Shown here one piece after another: positions 1 to 12,395 of a DNA stretch of 64,000 nucleotides. Each line of letters opens with the position of its first letter. The first letter of the stretch is position 1. This stretch comes from Cetorhinus maximus. Lineage: Eukaryota. The stretch is taken from contig NC_135900.1 of assembly GCF_964194155.1 (NCBI RefSeq), forward strand, positions 49,042,001 through 49,106,000, read 5' to 3'. The notes beneath the pieces were generated by a model. That model made no database searches and was not told the origin of the DNA. It worked only from the letters and a program-made list of their open reading frames with translations. A program made the translations under genes and the position numbers.

Positions 1-3000
1 TTATGATAATTACTCCAGTAAAAAAAAAAGTGTATATCTTGAAGTGGTTGAAGCCTCGGCCCCTGCAACTTTCCAACAGTTACAAGGTTCTTGCAAGCTG
101 TGTGGATGAGAGCAGGGACTGCAGAGAGGATGAGCGAACTGACCACGGCACCATGGTACAGGGAGCCATTCAAGTGGGGGGAGGAAATGGGAGCATAGTA
201 GTGGTAGGGGACAGTATAATTATGGGGATAGATACAGTGCTCTGCAGCCATGAGAATGAGTCCCAAAGGCTGTGTTGCCTGCCCAGTGCCAGGGTTAAGG
301 ACATCTCCTCGGGGCTGGAGAGGAACTTGGAGTGGGAGGGGAAGGATCCAGTTGTCGTCGTCCATGTTGGTACCAATGACATTGATAGGACTAGAAAGGT
401 GTTCTGCTGAAAGAATTTGAACAGTTAGGAGCTAAATTAAAAAGCATAGCCTCCAAGGTAATAATCTCTGGAATGCTACCTGAGCCACGGGCAAACCGGC
501 ATAGGATAAATAAAATCAAGGAGCTAAATGCACGGCTCAGAGGTTGGTGTGGGAGGAATGGGTTTCAGTTCATGGGGCACTGGCACTGCAACTGGAGTAG
601 TAGGGAGCTGTTCCGGTGGGACAGGCTTCACTTGAACCATGCTGGGACCAGTGTCCTGGCGAACCGAATAACTAGGGCTGTAGAGAGGGCTTTAAACTAA
701 ATGGGGGAGGCTGTAAGAGGGATACGTAGGCTTACAAAGCAAAAGGACATGGCAGCATTGCAGAGCAGCTATTGAGGTAATGATACCCAGAGTGTGTCAG
801 GAAGGGACAAAGTGTACAAACATAGAAAAACAGAAGTAAATAGGGTCAAAGGGGGGAAAAATGGTGAAAAGGCAAAATTAATGGCTCTTCACTTAAATTC
901 AGGTAGTATTCGGAACAAAATAAATGAATTAACGGCACAAATAGAGGTTAATAGGTATGATCTTATATCCATTAGGGAGACATGGTTACAAGGAGATCAA
1001 AGCTGGGAACTATATATTCAGAGATATGTGACTTTTTGAAGGACAGATAGGAAGGAAAGGGTGGTGGGGTAGCTTTGTTAGTACAAGATGGAATAAGCAT
1101 GGTAGCAAGAAATGATCTTGGATCAGAAGATGTGGAGTCCATATGGGTGGAGGTAAGAAATAACAAGGGGAAGAAGACACTGGTGGGAGTGGTCTATAGG
1201 CATCCGAACATTAGCTATGCTGCAGGACAGAAAATAAATCAGGAGATAATGAGGGCATGTAAAAAAAGGCTGTACATTAATCATGGGTAACTTTAATCTT
1301 CATGTAGATTGGTAAAATCAAATTGGCAGAGGTAAACACGAGCAGAATTCATAAGAGTGTATGCGGGACAGTTTCTTAGAACAATATGTTGTGAATCCAA
1401 CCAGGGATCAAGCTATTTTGGGCCAGGTAATGTGTAATGAGACAGGTTTAATAAATGATCTCAGTGGAAAGGATCCCCCAGGAATCAGTGACCATAATAA
1501 GGTAGAATTTAGCAGTCAGTTTGAGAGTGAGACTTGGGTCAGAAACAACTGTGCTAAACGTAAATAAGGATAATTACAAAGGAATGAGGGCAGAGTTGGC
1601 TGGAGTGGACTAGGATAGGATTTTAGCAGAAAAAACGGTTGATGAACAATAGCAGAAGTTTAAGAAAATAGTTCATGACTCACAACAAAGATATATCCCA
1701 GTGAGGAAGAAGGATTCAAGGTAGGGGAGAAACCAACCATGGTTAACCAAAGAAGTTAAGGATAGTATCAAATTAAAAGGAAAGCCATATAATATGGCAA
1801 AGATTAGTGCTAAGCCAGAGGATCGGAAACATTTTAAAAACCAACAAAAGAAGACCAAACAGAAAAGAGGGAGAAAATAAACTTTGAGGGTAAACTAGCA
1901 AGTAATATAAAAATGGACAGTAAGAGCTTTTTAAATATATAAAAAGAAGAGAGAGGCTAGAGTGAACATAAGCCCCTTAGAGAATGTGGCTGGGGAAATA
2001 ATAATCAAGAAGCAGAAATGGCAGCGGAGTTGAATAAATACTTTGCTTCAGTCTTCACGGTAGAAGATGCTAATAGCATTTCAAAATGGAGCAAAAGGGA
2101 GGGAAGAAATAAATACAATAACTATCACTAGAGAAAAGGGAAGCTAATGAGGCTAAAGGCCAATAAGTGCCCTGGACCTGATGGGTTGCATCCTAGGATA
2201 TGAAAGAAAGTAGCTACAAGTAATCTTTCAAGCATCTTTAGATTCTGGAAAAGTCCCAGAGGATTGGAGAATGGCCAATGTAACAACCTTATTCAAAAAG
2301 TGGGGGAGACAAAAAACAGGCAACTATAGGCCTGTTTTATAGCTTAACATCTGTCATTGGGAAAATGTTGGAGTCTATTATAAAGGATGTAATAGCAGAG
2401 CATTTAGAAATACATAACCTAATCAAACAGAGTCAGTATGGCTTCATGAAGAGGAAATCATGCCTAACAAATTTACTAGAATTCTTTGGGGAGGTAACGA
2501 GCAGGATAGATAAAGGGGAACCTGTAGACATAATATATTTGGATTTCCAAAAGGTGCTCGATAAGGTACTGCACATAAGGCTACTTAATCAGATCTGAGC
2601 CCATGGTGTTGGGGGTAGTATATTAGCATGGATAGAGGGTTGGCTAGCTAATAGAAGACAGAGAATTGGGATAATGGGGGCATTCTCAGGATGGCAACCT
2701 GTAACTAGTGGAGTGCCACAGGGATCAGTGCTGGGGCCTCAATTATTTACAATATATATGAATGACTTAGATGAGGGAAGTGAATGTACTATCACCAAGT
2801 TTGCGGATGACACAACAATAGGTGGGACGGCAAGTGGTGAGGATGACACAAGGAGTCTACAGAGGGACGTAGACAGGTCAAGTGAGTGGGCAAAAAACTT
2901 GGCAGATGGAATATAATGTGGGAAAATGTGAGGTTATGCACTTTGGCATGAAGAATAGAGGAGCTGAATATTACTTAAATGGAGAAAGACTGCAGAAAGC

Positions 3001-3330
3001 TGCAGCACAGAAGGATTTGGGAGTCCTCATGCATGAATCCCAAAAAGCTAACATACAAGTTCAACAGGTAATAGGGAAGGCAAATGGAATGTTGGCCTTT
3101 ATTTCAAAGGGAGTTGAGTATAAAAATAGGGAATGCTAAAACTATATGTTGAATACTGTGAACAATTTTGGTCCCTTATCTAAGGAAAGATTGGAGGGGA
3201 GTCCAGAGAAGGTTCACTAGGTTGATCCTGGATATGGAAGGATTTTATTATGAGGATAGGTTGAATAGGTTGGGCCTGTACTTTTGGAATTTAGAAGAAT
3301 GAGAGGCGACTTTATTGAAACATATAAGAT
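1..3330 (+). mobile_element. CR1-clade LINE, near full length (5' end outside the window, 3' end truncated), degraded
   Basis: ORF1 SGNH esterase motifs (VVVGDS, VHVGTND, DRLHLN). ORF2 fragments of APE endonuclease (ETWL, GVVYRHPN, SDHN) and RT (IYLDFQK, GVPQGSVLGP, KFADDT), with frameshifts and stops. Confidence 0.95.
3..700 (+). pseudogene. CR1 ORF1 SGNH/GDSL esterase domain (frameshifted)
   Basis: GDS, GTND and DxxH blocks in ORFs 3..410 and 473..700. Confidence 0.85.
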
Positions 3331-3432
3331 GTGTGACACTGTCACACATGATGGGTCATGTTTAAATAAATTTTCACTCTATTTATTAAAAAGTTTTCAC
3401 AACCATTCAATCTCCCTGAGGCAGCTCCATGT
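3329..3432 (+). mobile_element. Internal fragment of the palindromic MITE family seen at 59225 and 60019
   Basis: Contains the ATGTGTGACAcTGTCACACAT palindrome and TCTCCCTGAGGCAGC, both shared with the two full copies. Confidence 0.75.
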
Positions 3433-3434
3433 AA

Positions 3435-4520
3435 AGTAAAAATACTTTATCAAACATTTTACGAAAGTCCATATACATTGTATCTCCAACACTATTTTCA
3501 TCAAACCTCTCCATTACTACATCAAGGAACTTGATCAAGTCAGTCAAATATGATTTGCCTTCAACAAATGCATGTTGATTTTAATTTATTAAGCAATATT
3601 TTTCCAATTAATTTTGTCCCAGGTTACTATCCCAAAATATTTCCACCACAAACATTAAGCTGACCGGTCTATAGTTTATCCATCTTCCCTTTTTCGAACA
3701 GGAGTGTAACATTTACAATCCTCCAGTTCTCTGGCACCATTCCTATATCTAAGGAGGTTTGGAAGATTGTGTCCTCTACAATTTCCACCACTACTTTCCT
3801 CTGCAACCTAGGATGCATCTGATCCACACCAGGTGACTTTTCTACTTTGAGCACTGCCAACCTACTAAGTAAGAAAGAAACTTAATTTTATAGAGCACTT
3901 TTATAGCCAATGGATGTTTCAGAGTGCTTCACAGCCAATAAAGTAGTTTTGAAGTGTAGTCACTGTTGTAATGTAGGAAATTCAGCAGCAAATTTGTGCA
4001 CAGCAAGCACCCTCAAACAGCCACGTGATAATGACCAGATCGTCTATATTTGTGCTGTTGTTTGAGGGATGAATATTGGCCATGACAACAGGATAACTCC
4101 CCTGCTTTTCTTTGAATAGTGCCGTGAGATTTTTTACATCCACCTGAACAGGCAGGTGGAGCATCGGTTTAACATCTCATCCGAAAGATGGCACCTTCTA
4201 AAAGTGCAGCACTCCCTTAGTACTGCACAGGAGTGTCAGCCTAGATTTATGTGTTGAAGCCCTGAAATTGGAATTGAACCCGGAACCTTATGACTAAGAG
4301 ATGAGAGTGCTGCTAATTGAGCTGCAGCTGACACTCAAGTACCTCCTCTTTATCAATTTTTATCTTATACAATTTCTCTACTACCATCCTCCTTTATACT
4401 TCTTTAGTGAGGTTAGATGTAAAGTATTCATTCAGTACTTCAGCTATGTCCTCTGCCTCCACAAATGGGTCTCCTTTTTGGTCCTTAATTGGCTCCACCC
4501 TTCCTCTGAATACCCTTTCA
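3435..4520 (-). mobile_element. CR1 ORF2 fragment, interrupted by a Deu-SINE
   Basis: ORF 3669..3860 (KSPGVDQMHPRL...VPENWRIVNV). CR1 sequence resumes after 4341. Confidence 0.85.
3872..4336 (-). mobile_element. Deu-domain SINE (SacSINE1/AmnSINE1-like) with tRNA-derived head and L2-like tail
   Basis: Deu core TTTAACATCTCATCCGAAAGATGGCACC...GCAGCACTCCCTTAGTACTGCAC. B-box complement GGAATTGAACCC. AAGTA duplicated at 3867-3871 and 4337-4341. Confidence 0.85.
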
Positions 4521-4901
4521 CATGATTTATTTTCATGATAATAAAATACTTCTGTCCAATTTAGCCCTCAATGTTTGCAATTATATTAGTGGATGGGTTC
4601 AGGTTTTCTGTTGTAGTATTTATAACATTAAATGCAGCTACACACTTTAATATAAAGTTCAAATAATTGACCAGGGATAGAAATCTTGTTCGGCAGTCAT
4701 TTCAGAATGTTCAATGGAACACAAATCTTCCTATTCTTACTCCATACTGAGATAAATAATAAGAAGTCATTTGAGTGTACACCTTAAAACATTTTTTTAA
4801 AAGATATATAAACTCAATTAAAATGATCTTTTGAAGACTTTGGTCAATGCTATTACTTTATCATAAACTGCTCAGGACATTTTCTTTATTGTGGCACCCA
4901 C

Positions 4902-5066
4902 CCTTCTATAGCACAGCTACATAACTCAATACAGCTACAGAAGTATTCATAAATGGCCGTCCAAAATGACCATTGCTCTCGAATATTCTTCTTATCCTGT
5001 TGTGCAACACATCCGTCTAATACATTATATTTTCTTGGTTATACATGGTTGAAAGTACAGTTGCTC
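4902..5066 (-). other. Candidate non-coding (5'UTR) internal exon of a minus-strand host gene
   Basis: On the minus strand: branch-like GACTAAG, acceptor TTTTTTTGCGTTTTGTCAG|GAG, donor AAGG|GTGGGT. 165 nt of unique sequence, closed in all three frames. Confidence 0.45.
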
Positions 5067-5508
5067 CTGACAAAACGCAAAAAAACGTTTCTTAGTCATA
5101 AGAATGATTAAAGCTGTGAGTTGTCGCCTTTATTATATCATAAAACTTATATATAAAATTTACAATGTGGTGACGATGAGAATATTCCCATCCGAACTCT
5201 GCCCTGACCAAGTGTTTGAGATAAACATGTGATTTGCACATTGCCAAGGCTTGTTTATTTTGCACCAGATCAACAGAAAGCATATTCCCTTATTATTAAG
5301 GTAGTGCAAATCTTGCTACACATGTACATTTTATAGCTATGAGAATAAAGTTTACGAACCTAAATTCACAATGTGCAATGTATTTAAAGCAGACTGATTA
5401 TGATACAAAAATATCCAAGATGGCAGCAGCGTAAGCCCTCCACTGCACCATGGCTAGTTTTAGCATACGTACCAAATTTCTGGTCTTCTACAGTCTTGTG
5501 ATAACCAG

Positions 5509-5800
5509 TGTTACATTCTACTATGGAGTCACTTTGCTTGTGAACCAGCCGCATGTTTATCTGTTGGTAGGTGAGTCGATTACAATATACAGCAGACGCA
5601 GAGACCAATATGAAATTAAGCATGCATTATTTATTTACACAAACAACAAAGCACTAACATGATGTGCACTTCTCCAACCAGACCCTACCCTAGACTAACA
5701 TTAACATGGTAGCCCATGCTACACAGCTATTGAGTCTTAGAGTCATGTGGTCAATCTGCTCAGACTCTCTTAAAGGTACATTACACCTCAGATTACCACA
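5509..5800 (-). repeat. 3' LTR of Gypsy element
   Basis: Colinear with 9865-10156; adjacent to the PPT. Confidence 0.95.
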
Positions 5801-8800
5801 TCCCTCCCCCTTTACTTGAAAGTACATTTTACAAAATATTAGCTATTTACATAAATAAACTATTTACAAATTCAGCTTTTGTAGTTCTATGACTTTGGAT
5901 GGTTTATCTGAGGCCTTCCTCTCAGGAGTCATCTGTCCATTAGGCTCCCCAGTAGGAACCTGTAAGTTTGCCTCTTCGACTCTCTCAGGCTCAACGGGTC
6001 CTACAGGTACGTCCAAAGCAAGAGGAGTTCCTTCTACATGTGGTGTCGACTCCAACGGGAATGTCCAGCACACATTTTCTTGTGGATCTGTTTCCCTTTT
6101 CCTGAGGTGATCTACATGTCTCCTGATTATCCGATCTTCAACCGATATATAGTGGGACAGGGGTCCTGTCACTGCACTGACTTCACCTGATAAACATTTG
6201 AGCCCATCTCCAAAGTCCTTTGCAAAAACTGCTTCTCCTACAGTGAAGTTTCTTTCACGATTGTGGTAATGTGTTCATTTTTCTGGGCCTCCTGACTTCT
6301 CTCTACCCTGCCCCCTAAATTCAGCCTTTTGAGGCTCAAACGTGTCCTGAGAAATCTTTTCATTAATAACTCTGTGGGGGGCAATACCAGTGGTCGTGTG
6401 TGGCATAGTCCTTTAGCTGAGTAGGAAACGTGGTAATTTCATTGCTATAGAGTCCCCATCTAGTTTTTTCATTCCGGCCTTGAAAGTCTGGATTGCCCTC
6501 TCGTCCAACCCATTGGATGCAGGCGGTATGGCGAGGTCTTGACATATGTTGCGCTGTTGAGATTTGTAAATCTTTGGAATTCCCCACTGGTGAATGCCGT
6601 TCCATTATCAGACACTATTATCTCTAGTAAACTGCGTATCACAAAACTCTGACGCAATCTGTCTATGGTCACGGCAGATGTGGGTGATCTCACTTCATAT
6701 ATATCCATCCATTTGGAATAAGCGTCGATAAGTAAGAGGAACATTATGCCCAAAAAGGGCCCAACATAGTCAATATGGAGCCAGACCCATGGCCTTCCTG
6801 GCCATTCCCAAGGATGCAGTGGAGCAGAAGGAGGCAATTTCTGCACCTGTTGGCACTGCATGCAGCTCCTGACCATGTTTTCGATCTCAGTGTCCATTCC
6901 TGGCCACCATAAGTAGCTGCGTGCCAACATTTTCATTCTAGAAATGCCAGGGTGAACGCTATGCAATTTTATCATTAAAGGATGTCTTCCTCTGGGAAGC
7001 GCAATGACTCTCGCTCCCCACAGTAAGATGCCATCCTGGCAGCTGAGCTCCTACCTCCTGTTAAAATATGGCTTAATTTCATCCGACTTTGGCTCATTAG
7101 ACCACCCCTGCAAGACTAGATCCCTAATGTGAGACAAAACTGCATCATGGTCTGTCCATTCTGATCTGTTTGGCATTCACTGGTGATGAATCCAGAAAGT
7201 TAATTAACAAGACAAGTTCTTGAGGGATGGGGACATTCACAGTGCTGTCATTTAAAGGTAATCGGCTCAGCGCATCGGCATTGGCAATCTGGCTGGTGGA
7301 TAAAAGTATATTCGTAAGCAGCTAGAATCAGTGCCCACATTTGGATGCATACCAAGGTGATTGGGGGTATTGCCTTATCTTCCCCAAACAAGCCTAGCAG
7401 TGGCTTGTGATCAGATACGATGGTGAAGTGGCAACCATGGATGTATTGGTGGAATTTCTTAACGCCAAATACAATGGATAAGCCTTCTTTCTCTATTTGT
7501 GAGTATCTTCAATCTGCCACACTGAGTGTTCTTGAGACGTAGCCAATGAGCCATTTGGAGCCATCTGCCATCCGGTGGGAGAGTACTGTCCCTGTTCCAT
7601 AAGGGGATGCATTACAGGTTAAAATTAATTCTTTCTTTGGGTCGACATGTACCAACAGGGCCAATGAATGTAGTAACTGCTTTACTGCCATAAAAGCCTG
7701 TTGCTGTGGGGCTTGCCAAGTCCACCTGTGGCTTTTCTTGAGTAACCCATGTAATGGAGCCAGTACTGTTGACAAATTTGGGAGAAAACGACCATAGTAG
7801 TTAACCATCCCCAAGAAGAACTTGAGTTCTGTGGCATTTTCCGGGGCTGGTGCCTCACGAATAGCTCTCACCTTGTCTTCTACTGGGTGAACGCCCTGCA
7901 AGTCAACCCTATGACCCAGGTAAACCACTTCTTTTGCTTGGAAGATACATTTTTCTTTTTCAACCATATTCCGGCTTGTGAGAAATGCTTCAACACCTCT
8001 TCCAGGTTAGCCGGGTGTTCTTCATCAGTCTTGTTACTAGGGCATCATCAAGATAAACCATCACATGGGGTAGATCTGGGAGTAAATTTTCCATAGTCTG
8101 TTAGAAAATGGCACAAGCTGATGAGGCTTCGAAGGGTAACCTGGTATAACCTCCTGTGTGTGTTTATAGTCACAAAATCCCAAGAGGCCTTTTCTAGCTC
8201 CACTTGCTGGTAAGCCTGGCTCATGTCGAGTTTTGTATATGCGGTTCCCCCTGTCAGCTTGGAGTACAAGTCATCATTTTTTGGTATAGGGTGCCTGTCA
8301 AGTCTGGCCACTTAAGTTCAACTTGTATATTCGCATATTCGCACAGCCTGGTTAGGTTTTAGTACTGGAACTATGGGCGCTGCCCATTCGGAAAATTGTA
8401 CAGGTTGTAAGACTCCCAACCTTTCCAACCTGTCTAATTCAACATCAACTTTCTCTCACAATGCATAGGGGACTGGCCTCATCTTCAAATGTCTGGGGGT
8501 TGCTCCAGGATCCACGTGGATTTTAGCTTGCAGCCTCTGAATCTTCCCGAGCTCTTCCCCGAACACAGAGGCACATTTCTGTAATAATTCTTGCAGATTT
8601 TTCATTGTGAGTTGAAAAATCTCAATGCACTCCAACTTTATTTCCTTAAGCCAGTTCTGACCAAGCAGAGTTGGACCCTCCCCTACCATCACTATCAGGG
8701 GTAGGTTAGCAGACTGGCTTCCATATTGTACCGGAACCTTGCATATACCTTTCATTCGTATGTCTTCACCAGTATATGTCTTTAGTCTGGTATCTGAGTT

Positions 8801-9864
8801 TTCCAGCTTTAGTGAGTGGCCTCCTCCATTCAGATACTTAAACATGTGTTCCCCTATGACTGTCGTGGATGCGCCTGTATTGACCTCCATTCAAATGGGT
8901 TTTCTGTTGACTTTTACTGTCACGTAGATTGGCTCTGTTTTACCCATTTTTAAGTTGTGTAGCGAGTAAATATCTGACTCTGTTTCTTCTGGTTCCTCCA
9001 TTATATAAGTTTCACGACTTCTGCCTTTTTGTTTGAAATTTTGCCTCAATCTTTCTTTACAATATTGCATAATGAGCCCATTGCAATGACAGTAGAAACA
9101 TTCGGTTTTTCTAAATTGTTGTTCATTTGCAGGCTGTCTGGTTCCAATTCTGCTATTATTAATGTGGTTTTTATCCATTAAACCATTGCTTTTTGCTGGC
9201 CTGTTAATGGCGGCTGTTTCCCGCCTTTCGGTGGAGCCCTGCGCTTCTGTGCCATTTCTAGCCGGTGCTTCCCTCCCGATGTGAAGAATGGCGCCATTTT
9301 GTGCTCCCTTGATTTCTTCTGAGTCCCTGACCATGCTTTCCATTGTGAGTGCCAACTCCAGTACCTTGCTGAAGTCTAAATTTGTTTCTGACAACAACCT
9401 TTTTTGAATGGCGTCTTCGTTAATATCACACACTAATCGGTCACTGCGTTGTTACCGAGGGTTTCAGCTGAAAGTGGCTTTTCACAAGATTCACCAACTC
9501 ATCAAAGCTCTTGGAATCTGGGGCATTGGGTGCCATCAGACTAGGAATTAGGCCTTAGGTTTTACTGCCATATGCTGATAAGAGAATTGCCCGCCTCTTC
9601 TCCTCCCCCGATATATGTCATTAGTCAAAAAGAAAAATGCGAGGTATTTAATATAATGTGACCAGTCATCGGTCTTCTGATCAAATAGTTCGATGCAGCC
9701 AAATTGTGGCATACTGAAGGAAGATAACTTCGACGACTATGGTGAGGGCTTACAATTGTAATGTACTTACAATCGACCTGCAGGGCATGGCTGATTCACT
9801 ACAGTTGAGTTTTCGCGACTTTCCTTGGTGTCATCAACTGGTTGTGTTTTGCCTCGTCGCCAGT

Positions 9865-10156
9865 TGCTATGTTCTACAATGGCGTCGCTTTGTTTGAGAA
9901 CTGGTTGCACACTTATCTATCGGCAGGCGAATCGATTACAATATACTGCAGATGCAGAGACCAATATGAAATGAAGCACATGCTATTTATTTACACAAAC
10001 AACAGAGCACTAACATGATGTGTGTTTTTCCAACCAGACCCTACTCTAGACTAACATGAACATGGTAGCCCACACCACACAGCTATTAGGTCTTACAGTC
10101 TCGTGGTCAATCTGCTCAGACTCTCTTAAAGATGTATTACACCTCAGATTACCACA
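9865..10156 (-). repeat. 5' LTR of Gypsy element
   Basis: Colinear with 5509-5800; adjacent to the PBS. Confidence 0.95.
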
Positions 10157-10279
10157 ACCAGGTTCAAAGAAGATGCCAGACTCTTGCAAGGAAATAAAGA
10201 TGAATTGGCAGGGTCAGTCCACCATACCGCCTAACAGAAAAAACAAAAACATTGCCAACATACAACAACACTGTGCAGC

Positions 10280-10620
10280 TAATGTTAGGCTTGATCATCT
10301 CAGAGTCCAAAGGTTGTGTGTCCAAGCCTCACTCCACAGAGTGGAGTATACAATCTAGGCTCAACTAAGGACAGCACTGTACTAATGGAGTGCTGCACTA
10401 TTAGATGTGCCATATTTCAAATAAGATGTTAAGTCATAAAATGTTAGATCTAGTCCTCTGGATATAAAAGATCCTTTGACACTATTCAAAGAAGAGGTGT
10501 CCTAGCCAACATTCAACCCTTGAGTTAACAACAGGCATATCATACATTACCATTAAGGAGAATCACAGGAGAACTATAAAGCTGTTAAGGGAAGGTGTTC
10601 TTTATGGGAACTTGCTGAAT
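10280..10620 (+). mobile_element. Old Deu-domain SINE copy
   Basis: GTACTAATGGAGTGCTGCACTATTAGATGTGCC...TAAAAGATCC...CTATTCAAAGAAGAG resembles the reverse complement of the 3872-4336 copy. Confidence 0.7.
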
Positions 10621-12174
10621 GGCTCTTGCAGCCAGCAGCTGGTTCAGCATCGCTGCCTACTTCATGCTCTTCTTGTTCCTTTTGTGGTAGTTGCCTAAAT
10701 GCACCTCTAGACCTTAGTTATCCAAAGACACATAATGATATCTCAAGCTGTATAATACGCAGCATAAGGAATCCTTGAAACGTTTACAGGACTATATTGC
10801 GGGATACCTCCAGATCTTACCAAGCAGCTGAAGGATTGATTCAATCTGACAATGGTGTGCTCAGGGAGTACTCTGATGAATTCATGCACCTCATTATATC
10901 TGTGATCAGCTGATGTCCTAAAATATCACACAAGTCTCATAAGGTATGGCTGCATAGAATCACATCAATCTCCCAGGACTTCCCTGAGAATTACTTTTGT
11001 GGGTCAAATATTGGTAACTGGCTGGTTACGCTAGAATGGAAGATACTGTGACCTCTGCTTTGGTAGTAAGCATCAATTTATAGAATCCAGTGCTGATGGT
11101 CATAAATAAGCTCAATGAATGAGTGGATTCCATTCTTATTCATATAGGCACTGGTATTGTGAAATAGAACAAGTGCAACTTAAACCCTTTTGAGACTCTA
11201 GCTACTCAATAAATATTACATAGCCTTCTCATGCTGTGTCAATTGACCAAGAAATGGAAGTAAGATGGCTTTCTCAAGCAAACAGAGCATCGGTCACTTA
11301 CACATCTATTCACAGCTAATTGAAAACTGACAATCTTAGAGCATAAGAATTAAGGGCAGTTGTGACATTGATAAACACACTGTGCTGAATCTTTGGAGAA
11401 GGTTAGCTGCAGGTCTGATTAGAATATATGACATAACTTTACCGCAGCATTCCTTGAAAACTCAAGGCTCTGCAAGCCTTGCTCCTCTGATAAAGATATG
11501 TGCAGCTTTGTCTGTAGATTCCAAAGTACTCGCAGAGTCATGCAGACTGCTACTTCTTCCTCTAAAAAGCATAGAAGTTCCCACAAGAAACTCATTGAAG
11601 CTGTTCTAAAATAAGGGCAATAGCACAACAAATAGCACAAAGGCTCCTGGAAACCTAAATAACAACCAAAAACTAGGAAAAAATTGCAAAGTGGCCTTAC
11701 AATTTTCTAGGCTCTTTAAACTTAGCTTTAAACAATTCAGTCTAGAAATCCTGGGACCCAGTTTATATAGCCGAGTAATGGAAAAAGTGCCACATCGGTG
11801 AAAATGGGGGAAAATAATCTGCATAATGACACTGGGACCTCATTTACGTGCACTAGCCACAAACTGGCAGATGCTTCTTAGACCCATTACTATCAATCTT
11901 GCAAAATCAGATGTGACAATTAAGTTGGAGCAGGTCCAGTGTAATAGATCTCCACCCACTTTAGTAATCAGTGACATCCACTTCACATCCAAAATTTGTG
12001 CATTAACCAACAGAAAAAGATTCAGACCGATAAACAGTGATTTTTTTTTAAACTGTATGTGGTGTAATTTTTAAAAGTGCAAAAACCACGCAACAATGTG
12101 CATTTATATAGTGCAATTAACAGAAACAAATTTCAACGTGCATCAGAGCAGCATAAGGAAAAGATCACAGACCC

Positions 12175-12395
12175 ACATAATCACAGAATCACACAGTGCA
12201 GAGGAGGCCCTTCGGCCCATCAAGTCTGCACTGACACGTAAGAAATACCTGTCTGCACCGACACGTGAGAAAAGATATAGCAATCAGTCCACAGAAGGAA
12301 AGATTAGGAGGTTTGCCAAAAGCTTGAAAGATGCTAGGTTTTAAGGAGGCATTTAGTGAAAGAGAAGGGGTAAATAGATGGTGAAGGGAGTTGAA
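12175..12395 (-). mobile_element. Short CR1 3' tail fragment (with a ~22-bp tandem duplication) plus an L2-like remnant
   Basis: CATAATCACAGAATCACACAGTGCAGAGGAGGCCCTTCGGCCCATC is the CR1 terminus. GTCTGCAC(T/C)GACACGT(A/G)AGAAA occurs twice. Confidence 0.55.

Larger units (their letters stand above)
5509..10156 (-). mobile_element. Full-length Ty3/Gypsy LTR retrotransposon (gag-PR-RT-RH-IN), degraded
   Basis: Two 292-bp TG...CA LTRs. 5-bp TSD ACCAG (5504-5508, 10157-10161). PBS TGGCGACGAGG (9852-9862). PPT (5801-5813). Gag 8891-9712, protease (VNTGAS) 8456-8890, RT/RNase H about 7200-8400, integrase (HHCC + DDE) 6300-6975. Confidence 0.97.

Noticed and set aside
4255-4336. tRNA gene
   Set aside because: A/B-box-like sequence is the head of a SINE, not a complete cloverleaf.
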